Program-made: the position numbers and the translations under genes | Notes under the pieces: model-generated | Database searches by the model: none | Told to the model about the DNA's origin: nothing | The model's input: only the letters and a program-made list of their open reading frames with translations | DNA from: an uncultured Saccharofermentans sp. | GTDB taxonomy: Bacteria; Bacillota; Clostridia; Saccharofermentanales; UBA5734 | Reading direction: 5' to 3' | Length of the DNA: 64,000 nucleotides | Assembly: GCA_963675845.1 (NCBI GenBank) | Contig: OY776634.1 | Location: forward strand, 1,952,633-2,016,632 | Part shown: positions 7,927-18,200 of the stretch, in pieces | Position numbering within the stretch: the first letter of the stretch is position 1 | How the letters are laid out: each line of letters begins with the position of its first letter

Positions 7927-9733
7927 ACCTAACCGGGGATTTTTGACCGACGAGGAAAAAGCCAACAAACCCAAGATCACGCTCAAGCTGATCCGACGCA
8001 TTACATCCTATCTGGCGCCCTATTGGAAACAGATTATCCTGGTGCTGGCGGCCATTGCCCTGGCAGCCGTTTTTGGACTGCTGCCGGCGATTCTGACCGG
8101 CCGAATCATCGACGAGGCGATCGGCGGCCAGAACCTCTCGCTGCTGGTCAACCTGATCCTGATCGCGCTGGGCGTTATCGTTTTATCCAACCTGATCAGC
8201 ATTTTGGAAAACTACCTCAACAGCTGGATCGCCCAGCATATCTCGTATGACATCCGAAACAAGATGTTTACCCACATCCAGACCATGTCGCACCGCTTTT
8301 TCACCAACAACCGGCAGGGCGACATTATCACCCGGATGACCTCGGACATATCGGGTATCCAGTCGACGTTTGCCAACACCTACTCCAGCATCATCCGCAA
8401 TGTCATCACCCTGACGGTCGCCCTGATCGCCATGTTCAGGGTCAACTGGATTCTGGCGCTGGTCGCGCTGGCGATCGTGCCCCTGTTCAGCATTCCGACC
8501 AAGCGGGTGGGCAAGACGCGCTGGATGCTGACTCGCCAGTCTCAGGAGCAAAATGACAAGATCAACGACATCCTGAACGAGACGCTGAGTGTCAGCGGCC
8601 AGCTTCTGGTCAAGCTGTTCAACAACGAACAGCGCGAGTTCAATCGATACGAGAAATCCAACGCCCGGATGGTTCAGATCAATATCAGGGAGTCCCTGGC
8701 CGGTCGCTGGTTCAGGGCTGCGCTGAGCATTTTCGCCAGCACCGGCCCAATGCTGATCTACCTGGTGGGCGGCCTATTAATGATTCGCTACGGTTCGGCA
8801 CTCACCATCGGCGACATCATTGTCATGGTGGCGCTGCTGGACAGGATGTACCGGCCGGTCAACGCCCTGATGAGCATCCAGGTGGACATCGTCCGTTCCA
8901 TGGCGCTGTTCACGCGAATTTTCGAGTACCTCGATCTGCCGACGGAAATTAAAAACGCCGAACAGCCGCTGGTGCCGGACAGGATATCAGGCGACCTGGC
9001 CTTCGAGCATGTCCAGTTCGACTATGATCCGAAAAAGGCGCTTCTCAGGGATATCAGCTTTGAGGTCAAATCCGGCCACTCCCTGGCTATCGTGGGGCCG
9101 TCCGGCGCCGGCAAGAGCTCGATCATCAACCTGATTCCGCGCCTGTATGACGTGACCGGCGGTAAAATCACGCTGGACGGCACGGACATTCGGGAAATTG
9201 ACCTGGCTGTGCTTCGGCAAAGTATCGGCATGGTCACCCAGGACACCTACCTCTTTAACGGCACCATCCGCGAAAACCTGATGTACGCCAATCCCGAGGC
9301 AACAGATGATGATCTTATCGAAGCCTGCCGAAAGGCCAATCTCCATGACTTCATACTAGCCCAGCCTGACGGCTATGACACAGTGGTCGGCAACCGCGGC
9401 CTTAAATTGTCGGGCGGTGAGAAGCAGCGCGTATCAATCGCCAGGGTCATCCTCAAGGATCCGCCGATTCTGATTTTCGATGAAGCGACGTCATCGCTGG
9501 ATTCGATTTCGGAAAACCTGATCCAGGAAGCGATCGATCCCCTGATCCGCGGACGCACCAGCATCATCATCGCGCATCGTCTGTCAACCATTATGGCTGC
9601 GGACTCGATCATGGTTGTCCGTGACGGCAGGGTTATCGAGGCCGGCCGCCACCGCGACCTGGTCAACAATGGCGGACTCTACAACCAGCTGTACGAAACA
9701 CAGTTCAAGCTGGCGTTGGAGAACCAGGCCTGA
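7919..9733 (+). CDS. ABC transporter ATP-binding/permease (type I exporter, MsbA-like)
   Basis: Six-TM exporter domain followed by an NBD: Walker A GPSGAGKSS, signature LSGGEKQRVSIARV, Walker B ILIFDEATSSLD, H-loop IIAHRL. Start set to ATG 7919 after GGGAGG. Confidence 0.9.
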   Translation: MPRPNRGFLTDEEKANKPKITLKLIRRITSYLAPYWKQIILVLAAIALAAVFGLLPAILTGRIIDEAIGGQNLSLLVNLILIALGVIVLSNLISILENYLNSWIAQHISYDIRNKMFTHIQTMSHRFFTNNRQGDIITRMTSDISGIQSTFANTYSSIIRNVITLTVALIAMFRVNWILALVALAIVPLFSIPTKRVGKTRWMLTRQSQEQNDKINDILNETLSVSGQLLVKLFNNEQREFNRYEKSNARMVQINIRESLAGRWFRAALSIFASTGPMLIYLVGGLLMIRYGSALTIGDIIVMVALLDRMYRPVNALMSIQVDIVRSMALFTRIFEYLDLPTEIKNAEQPLVPDRISGDLAFEHVQFDYDPKKALLRDISFEVKSGHSLAIVGPSGAGKSSIINLIPRLYDVTGGKITLDGTDIREIDLAVLRQSIGMVTQDTYLFNGTIRENLMYANPEATDDDLIEACRKANLHDFILAQPDGYDTVVGNRGLKLSGGEKQRVSIARVILKDPPILIFDEATSSLDSISENLIQEAIDPLIRGRTSIIIAHRLSTIMAADSIMVVRDGRVIEAGRHRDLVNNGGLYNQLYETQFKLALENQA

Positions 9734-9842
9734 TCAGCCTGGTCACAGCCCAGTTGAATTGTTCGGGTGCAACCGTTAAGATGAATGATGAAAATCACAA
9801 ATCAGCGATCACATGAAAGATCAGTCAACAGGGAGGACAGCT

Positions 9843-10262
9843 ATGCCCATTCAAATTAATGGCATCAATCATTTCGCAATCAGCGTCCCCGATCTCAATG
9901 AGACAGTTAGCTGGTATCAGCGTATCCTGGGTTTTGAAATGGACTATGAAGATGAAATCCCAGCCATCGGAGCCAGGATTGGCCACATGAAGGGACCGGG
10001 CTGCATGCTGGAGATCTTCCAGGTCCAGGGCGCAAAGCCATTGCCGGAAGAGCGCAAAATGCCCAATTCAGACATCATGACACACGGTAACAAGCATTTG
10101 TCATTCGGTGTGGAGGATGGACCTGCAGCCAAGGCTGAAATGGAAGCTATGGGTGTTGAGGTGGTGTTTGTGGCCCAGGTTAACAACACCTATGGTTTTT
10201 TCATCCATGACAACAGCAATAACCTGATTGAAATTTTCGAAGAAGGGCCTCGATCAGCCTGA
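9843..10262 (+). CDS. VOC (glyoxalase/bleomycin resistance/dioxygenase) family protein
   Basis: ATG 9843 follows GGGAGG. INHFAISVPDLNETVSWYQRILGFEM is a typical VOC N-terminal beta-alpha-beta module. Confidence 0.8.
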   Translation: MPIQINGINHFAISVPDLNETVSWYQRILGFEMDYEDEIPAIGARIGHMKGPGCMLEIFQVQGAKPLPEERKMPNSDIMTHGNKHLSFGVEDGPAAKAEMEAMGVEVVFVAQVNNTYGFFIHDNSNNLIEIFEEGPRSA

Positions 10263-10381
10263 GTGCAGCGTTTGGGTCAATCGCGTACAGATTCCTTTTC
10301 ATAAGAGACAATACAGGGCAAGGTCTTGCTACAGGCAAGACCTTGCCCTCATTCTATATCGAATCAATGCAGATACAAAAA

Positions 10382-10771
10382 TTACGATTTGACCTCGAAA
10401 AACTCGATCACTTCACCATCCGGACCGAAAACAAACGCGTTGCAGACTGCCATGGTTCCCAGCATCATGTCCTGCGGCTCGCTGCGGACAGCTGCGCCAG
10501 CTTCGACGGCCGACTGGAAGGCCTCGCGAGCGTTATCCGTATCCAGCGCGATATGCACCCAGTTTGGGTTGGATTCGGTTTCGCCGTTGCCGATCGGGAT
10601 GATCTCAACCACCGAATTGCCGCCCAAATCAACAAGATAGATTTCTTTACCGGTGTCTCCCATCGGGAAGCTGAAAGTGACTTTGCCACCCAGGCCTTTG
10701 GTGTAGAATTTCAAACTTTTGTCGACATCCGCTGATGCCAGTCCGATGTGATGGTATCCATTGAATTTCAT
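10382..10771 (-). CDS. VOC (glyoxalase) family protein
   Basis: YHHIGLASADVDKSLKFYTKGLGG. Convergent with 9843-10262. Confidence 0.8.
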   Translation of the reverse strand: MKFNGYHHIGLASADVDKSLKFYTKGLGGKVTFSFPMGDTGKEIYLVDLGGNSVVEIIPIGNGETESNPNWVHIALDTDNAREAFQSAVEAGAAVRSEPQDMMLGTMAVCNAFVFGPDGEVIEFFEVKS

Positions 10772-11214
10772 GTCGCATTCTCCTTCGTGATAGGTAATCT
10801 GATTTCTTTCAAGTATAGCGCAGTCTTAGTACTGCGGACAATATCAATAAAGCGGGTGAAATTCTGGCGCAAAGTCCAGGACAGATTCTAATTGGGTAAA
10901 CTGACTGTCGCCAAAATGACAAACGTTCAGATTTATAATGCCCTGAAATCTGGCAACGTAAATGCAAATATAATGTTAAGGCGATATTGTGAAACTTACA
11001 GTAAATAAAAAAATGTCAATAAATGGCAATAAATGGATTAAATATACGAATATTGACTTCCGAATACAAGACATAACAATAATAATTAAATTATGTGTAG
11101 ACATCTGGGGGGGGTGACGTGTTAATATTGTGACAATTGTATATTGAGAGACACTGGACTGCTAGAAGTGAAGACGCGTATTGCATTTGTTTAGATTTGA
11201 CGGGAGTTTATCTT

Positions 11215-12237
11215 ATGTTGCATTTCAAGAAAAAAGTGTTCTTCAAGTTATTTTCAACATGGACGATCATCTTCGCGATGGTGCTGGGTATTTATGGATA
11301 TCCCATTGTTGCAGGTCTAACGACTGACGAAACATTAGCTGATCAATCGGCTGATGTTATTTTTTTGTCTGAAACAGATCCCTATCTAGAACAGGCGATC
11401 AATACAGGCAAACCGGTCAAGGTTGAGGAAGAATGTGACGAGTATACAACGATCTTCCAGAATCCGGATGGATCGAGATCGTCCTATATGTTCCAGACAC
11501 CTGTTCGCTATAAGGATAGTGCTGGCAAGTGGCAGGAGATTGATAGCCAGCTAGTTGAAGTCAGTAGCGATAAGCTCGGCGAAGGTTATCAATACCAGAA
11601 TAAAACCAATATCTTTAGTGTCTATTTTCCTGAGAACATGGCATCGGATGTACCTGTTCTGCTTGAGGATCAGGATTATTCGATTGAGATCAAGCCAATC
11701 CAGCTCAAAGATACCTCTAAAGATGACAAAAGCAAATATGATGCGGTAGCTGAATCTGCAACATTGGATAATATCAAAAACGAAGTCAAATTTGAAAAGG
11801 AAGCCGATAAAGCTAAAGCGATTATTGATGGAGAGGTCCAAGAAGTCACAAAGTCAGTTAAATACAGCAGCGGATTCGACGACACTGTAGAGCTGGTCTA
11901 TTCCGCGACCGATACCGGCCTGAAAGAAGAAATCATCATCAGTGAATATACTGGACTGAATGAATTCCAGTTTTTGCTGCAGCTCGAAGGCGTAGAGCCT
12001 GAACTTCATCATGACGGCAGTATTCTCTTGAAATACACCTGCACTGACGAGATCGCCGGTTCATTCCCGGAGATGTACATGTATGACGCCTATACCGGTG
12101 AAGAAAAGCTGGAAGGCGAACACTTCAGCGAAGCAGTCACATATTCAATCGCCGACGGCAAAAAGGACGGCGAGTACATCCTGACAGTTACTGCCGATAC
12201 AGCATTCCTGGAAGATGAAAGCACAGTCTATCCGTGA
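11215..12237 (+). CDS. Signal-peptide-bearing N-terminal module of the RHS toxin (separate ORF or frameshifted 5-prime part of 12234-20081)
   Basis: ATG 11215 follows GGGAG. MLHFKKKVFFKLFSTWTIIFAMVLGIYGYPIVAG is a signal/anchor. The ORF ends ...DESTVYP then TGA, which shares GTGA with the next ORF. AT-rich like the RHS gene. Confidence 0.7.
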   Translation: MLHFKKKVFFKLFSTWTIIFAMVLGIYGYPIVAGLTTDETLADQSADVIFLSETDPYLEQAINTGKPVKVEEECDEYTTIFQNPDGSRSSYMFQTPVRYKDSAGKWQEIDSQLVEVSSDKLGEGYQYQNKTNIFSVYFPENMASDVPVLLEDQDYSIEIKPIQLKDTSKDDKSKYDAVAESATLDNIKNEVKFEKEADKAKAIIDGEVQEVTKSVKYSSGFDDTVELVYSATDTGLKEEIIISEYTGLNEFQFLLQLEGVEPELHHDGSILLKYTCTDEIAGSFPEMYMYDAYTGEEKLEGEHFSEAVTYSIADGKKDGEYILTVTADTAFLEDESTVYP

Positions 12238-15200
12238 CGATTGATCCGTCCTTTACACGCAGTTCATCATCTGATCAATATGATACATATATCAATTCCG
12301 GTGGTGAATATTATAATTACTACAATAATGTTTATCTACGGTTGGGAATGCCAACTTCAACTCAGTTGACAAGATCGTATGTTCAACATATTCTGAATAA
12401 CATTACTGGTTCTGTTATTTCAGCTTCTTATCATGCCTATGAAGACACCGGCTACACATCAACGTCATATATCGATTTGCACAGAGTTACTGAAAGCTGG
12501 ACTTCTACTGGGATTACATGGCATGATGACGCTAATTTTGATTCATATTTATACAGTTACAATATTGTCAATCATGCAGGTTGGTATACATACAACTTAA
12601 CTAAATTAGTCTCTGAATGGTATAAAAACACCTATCCCAATTACGGCTTTATTCTCAAAGATAGATATGAAAGCACAACAAGCAGAAGATATAGACGCTT
12701 TGTATCCTCGGACGGTTCAACAAAACCATATTTCACCGTTAGTTATACCTATGCTCCGACCACTGCACCTTCTGTATCAGTAAGTTATGCCTCAAATGGC
12801 AGTGGAATATTGAATGTTAGTTGGAGTCCAATCACTAATGCTAACCATTACCATGTTTATAATGGATCAACATTGCTTGGTGAAACTACAAGTGCTACAA
12901 CATCAATCCAATTAACTAACATATATCCAGGGACTTATAATATCCGGATCAGAGTCGCTAACCAATATGATCATTTAAGCAGCTACTCACCATATTGTGC
13001 AACGAAAACCGTCGACGACCATGTTAAACCTCCTTTGCCGACCACGTTTACTGCGATCGGATCGTTTAGCGGAGAAACCGGAACAATTACTGTAGACTGG
13101 TCAGATGTTACAGATTTACCAAGTGCAGGGGCATCAGGTCTTTACTTATATGAAGTTGGAATAAGTATTAATGGCGGCGCATATTCTCCTAGCAATGTTT
13201 TAGCTCCAACTTCAATTAAGACATATACAAATTGTGCTGATAACACAACATATAGATTCCGTATTCGTACAAAAGATGCACACGGGAATTATAGTAGCAC
13301 TTACAAGTATTCTGATGAGTATTATTCGCCAGATAAAACAGGACCAGACGCACCAACAAGTGTTTCTATTACCCCCAGCGGATGGACTAATGATACATCC
13401 CCGCTTGTTGCTTGGTCTGGGATTATTGATGAAGGCAATCACTTAAACAATGTTCAGTACAAAATAGACAGCGGTGCTTGGACTCCCACAGGAAGCACTA
13501 CGTACACGAATGGCGCATTCACTTTAAGCGGCGCATCTCTTAGTGAGGGTGCCCACACCATATCTATTCGTGGTGTAGATAGTTCTTCAAATGTCGGCGC
13601 TTCAGCAAGTGCGACCTACTACAAGGACACAGATGCTCCGGAAGTTTCCTTAGAAGTTAGTGATCTGTCTCCAGAAGGTATCATTTACATCAAAGCAACG
13701 ATCACAAACGGCACCGGCAGCGGTTTCAGTGACTGGGCGTTAGACTATGGACTTGGCAATCCTGCCTCAACATTTAATACGCCTGTCTTGGCCAGCGGTA
13801 CTTCACTCGTTAATGATCAGGTCATTTATGAGTGGGACACAAGTAATTTAACTGAAAACAATTATTACACATTAAGGCTAACAGCAAAAGATTCAGCTGT
13901 CCCAAGTAAAAATGCTAGAAGTACATACTTAATCTTGCTGAAAGCCAGCGGTAGTGTTGAAGTTAATGCTGCCTTACAAATCGATCAGCCAGAAGTTGAT
14001 GGGATCGATGGCTACCAACCAGATATAAATAATATCGATCAGTATGCGATCAGTTCTCCTGAAACTGATGTGACATATCAAAGGGCTGAAGACGGTGGAA
14101 TATCCGGATTACTCCCAGGGAAATTATATGTAAGTAATCAGCTACATGATGAAGAAACATCAGCCGGGGAAGGCTTTACGTTCAATGCAGCCGATTATGA
14201 TAATGGATGGACATATCCAGAAGGAAGCATTGCTTTCATTTATGTCCAAACAGAAGATTCATCTGGAAATGAGCTATACAGCACTGGAACGATGGAAGCT
14301 TTGGAGATAACAGATACTTTTAATGACCAGTCCAAGATCGAATCCCTAATTAATGTAAATCAAGCAAGCAGCCAAATTGTTCTAGATAAATGGGATGGCG
14401 TCAACTATTATGCCAGTGGTAGTTTTGAAAGTACAAACGAAGAATTTGCCGGAGATATCAGTTACATCGATCTAATTGTTGATCAAAATATACCTAGCGA
14501 TGGAAGCATTGAATACAAAGTCTCTGTTGATAATGGTAATACTTGGAGCAATATAACGCCTGTTTCAACAGATGGTGGATTTACAGTCGACACAAATAAC
14601 AGAAAATATTTCACAACAAATCCAATCGGTGATAGCGTTAAGCTGAGAGCAATTGTTTATAAATCAACTAGTCAGAATTCATCACCAACAATCAATTCAT
14701 GGTCCATTAATGTTCGCTATACAACTTACGCCAATGCAGTTTTAATCGATAACACCTTTCCATTGAATGCGCGAGGCATAACCAACCTTGTCTCAACTGA
14801 GCATGACAAACAGGCTGAACGCATTAGGCTCGCATATGGAGTGGGTTCTGCATTTGCAGCTGAAGGAACAATACAAAGCACAGTTCGCTATTCCTCGAAT
14901 GATGTTATTTCAGTATGCCTTGAAGTAGACGAAACGATAAACCCAGGAACTGACATTGTTTATAAGATTTATACGAATGGAAAATCCGAAGGCGAAAATG
15001 GGCAAACTATTGAACCTGGACTGGCAAATAATAATGAAGATTGGATTGAGATAACAAATCCCGGCAGCCAGATTGTTATTGAAGCGATATTATCTGGTGA
15101 CGGGTTGTATACGCCGCTACTCAACTCTTGGAAACTGGTTATCAAAGAAAAGATTGCCGGTGAACCGCATCTGATTAAGCTGGTTGATGAACCTTGGAAT

Positions 15201-18200
15201 TTATCTGCTTTGACAAATGCTAACTATATGACTTTATTAAGATGGGAAGAAAGTGATACTGACGATGTCACATATAATGTTTATCGGAGTACCACACCAC
15301 ATTTTGAACCATCTGAAGAGAATCGGGTCGCCGAGAATCTGGCAGCTAATAGTTGGAGTGACTATAACCTCAATTACGGTCAAGAATTTTTCTATAAAGT
15401 GACAGCTGTTAAAGTAATTAATGGACATGAACGAGAAAGCCTGCCGTCAAATGAAGACAATGCTACCATAGTTTCTGAAGGCGAAATGAATAAGCGCCTA
15501 GGGCTTCAGGATTATTGGAGCTACTCTGGCTTCAATACAGGCAGCGGAACTGGGTATGTTAATGTTTCAAATGGCAACTTATCTTACATAACAACTGATA
15601 TGGTGCTGCCTGATCCGTTTTTAGCTGTCGTAATGCGCAGAACCTACAACAGCCTGGCGGACACAACGACTCCCATGGGCAATGGCTGGGACTTCAGCTT
15701 GAATACGAGATTGATGAGAGCGTATGACGTAAACGGCGATGAAACCGGCATGATTCTCAAAGACGGTGATGGCAGCTTCCATATTTTTGCTAAAAACTTG
15801 GATGGTACATATCAAAGTGCAAAAGGCACTTTAATGGTATTGACTCACGATACGACGCTCGGTGAATATCAGATCCGAAGAAAGGACAATATTGTATATC
15901 ACTTTGACGACCAGTCAATGCGTCTTGATGGCTTTTCCGACAATAATGGAAATACCTTATCTTTCGACTATGATAACCGAGGCAACCTTAAGACAGTGGA
16001 GAATACTGTTGGCGATATAGTTGAACTGGATTACTATGTTGTTAACGAAAATCAGCAAATTGTTCAAATTACAGATCCGGACTATTCTTACATCAACTAT
16101 CATCCAGACATGCTAAAGAGTATCACCTGGACTGAAGATACAGCTATTAATCCTGTTACTATTTCTTATACATACGAATACGATGATGATTTTAACAAAC
16201 TGACTAGAGCTTATACAGTTATAGAAAACAGCGTTGAGTATGAAGAGGTATTTAGTTACGATCCTCAAACTGGAGAGCTTCTGACAATAACGGATCCTGA
16301 AGGTAACTCAACAGGTATTTCTTACGATGCAAATGATCGCATTGATATCATAACTGATGCATGCGAAGATGCAAATACTTATGATTTCGATTATTTGTCC
16401 AATAACACAAGCATCACGAGCAAATATGACACCAGTGTTAGTTACATATTTGACTCGAACGGTCAGGTAACGAGCACGACAAATCCAATGGGACACACCA
16501 TTAATTACAGTTACAACAACGATTTACAAGTAACAAGTGCTAGTTATCTGAATTATGTTGATGGCGGAAGTACACCTGAGACTGTCTCGACAGCCATGAG
16601 CTATGTTGATGGAAATTTGGAGACAATAACTGCAGCTGATGGGACGGTGACGACATATAGCAATTACAATAGCTTTAATAAGCCTCTCAGCATGAGTGTT
16701 TCCAAATCAGGTGAGACAACTAGAACGACAACGTATACCTATGATACAGCTACTGGTAATTTGCTAACAGCAACTGACCCAGAAGGCAAAACGACCACAA
16801 ATGTTTATGAAACAGTTAATGGTGACCCAGGGTATCTGACCTGGGTGATCAACGATTTTGATGGCAAAACACACTATATTTACAACAGCAAAGGCCAAGT
16901 GGAGCAAGTCGATGCATATATTGGGAGCAGTTATGAATATACGTCTGTCTCTTACGCCTATGATTATAATGAAGATGGATTTTTCCAACGTGTTATTGCA
17001 ACAGATGCATTAGGCATTCAAACCAAGACATATTATGATCGTCTAGGCAGAACGGTTAAGGTAGTTTCTGATGACGATGACGATAAATATGAAACGGCTT
17101 CTTATGACCTGGTTGGCAATGTCAGGTTTAGTGTTGATCGAATGGGATATGAAACTGAGTTCCAATATGATGAACTAAACCGTTTGGAGCATATAATATA
17201 TCCTGATGACACTATTAGCTCGATCGAATACTTAAAATGGAATTGCGACGATAATACTAATACTGGATATGGATCCAACGGTGAAGATGCTGATAAAGTT
17301 ATCAGGACTGCAGAAGTCGGTGGCGTTCAGAATATCGAGTATTATGACATCGCTGGCCGATTGGTCAAGACGGCAATATCGAACGGAACCGGTGAAATCG
17401 TTACCGCGCACTATGAATATGATTTGATCGGCAACTGTACCAAGGTAACCGATAATGCTGGCAGAGTATCCGAAGCGCATTACAACGAGCTTAATCAAAC
17501 AACTCAAAGCATTGTTGATCCGACCGGGGAGAACATCCAGTCCGTCTTCACATATGACATGATGGGGAATAACTCGAGTACGACCAATGGTGAAGGCTAC
17601 ACAACCACTTATTCTTATGACTTGGACTCAAGGCTGGATAGTGTTAGCCAAACGATTAATGTTGGAACTCAAGACGAGGAAGATTTGATTACCAGCTATG
17701 CGTATGACATTGAAGATGGCGGGTACATTAAAAATCGTGTAACAGATGCAAATGGCCATGTCAACGAAGCCTGGTTTGATGCTTTAGGCAGAAAGCTTTT
17801 TGATTACAACATTGGCGATGCTGGCGATAGCATTACAATACAGACAGGATACGAATACTACGATAATGGCCAAATCTATCTAGTTACAAGAAACGATGGT
17901 ACAAAAGAAAAATACACCTACACTAACCTTTGCCAGCTTAAACGTATCGATTACTATGAGTCGAGCGAAAGTATCGAAAATGATAGTGACGACTATGTTT
18001 ATTATGAGTATAACGACAACGGACAATTGCTATTAAGCAGTGTCTATCACGATTCAGACGAAGTATCAACAGCATATACCTATGACAGTAAGGGCAGAAC
18101 GGATACGATTACTGAAGGTGATCTCAATAATGGTGGACTAATTGTCGATTACGATTATGATGCTTCTGACCGTGTGACTCAAATTAGCTATGCCAAAGAC

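Noticed and set aside
10326-10735. Plus-strand ORFs of 104 and 130 aa
   Set aside because: Antisense to the VOC-family gene at 10382-10771, which has the canonical HHIGL..FY motif and an ATG start.
12229-12237. Programmed -1 ribosomal frameshift at the RHS junction
   Set aside because: No slippery X-XXY-YYZ heptamer and no obvious downstream stimulatory structure. An indel or GTGA re-initiation is more parsimonious (reported as a finding instead).
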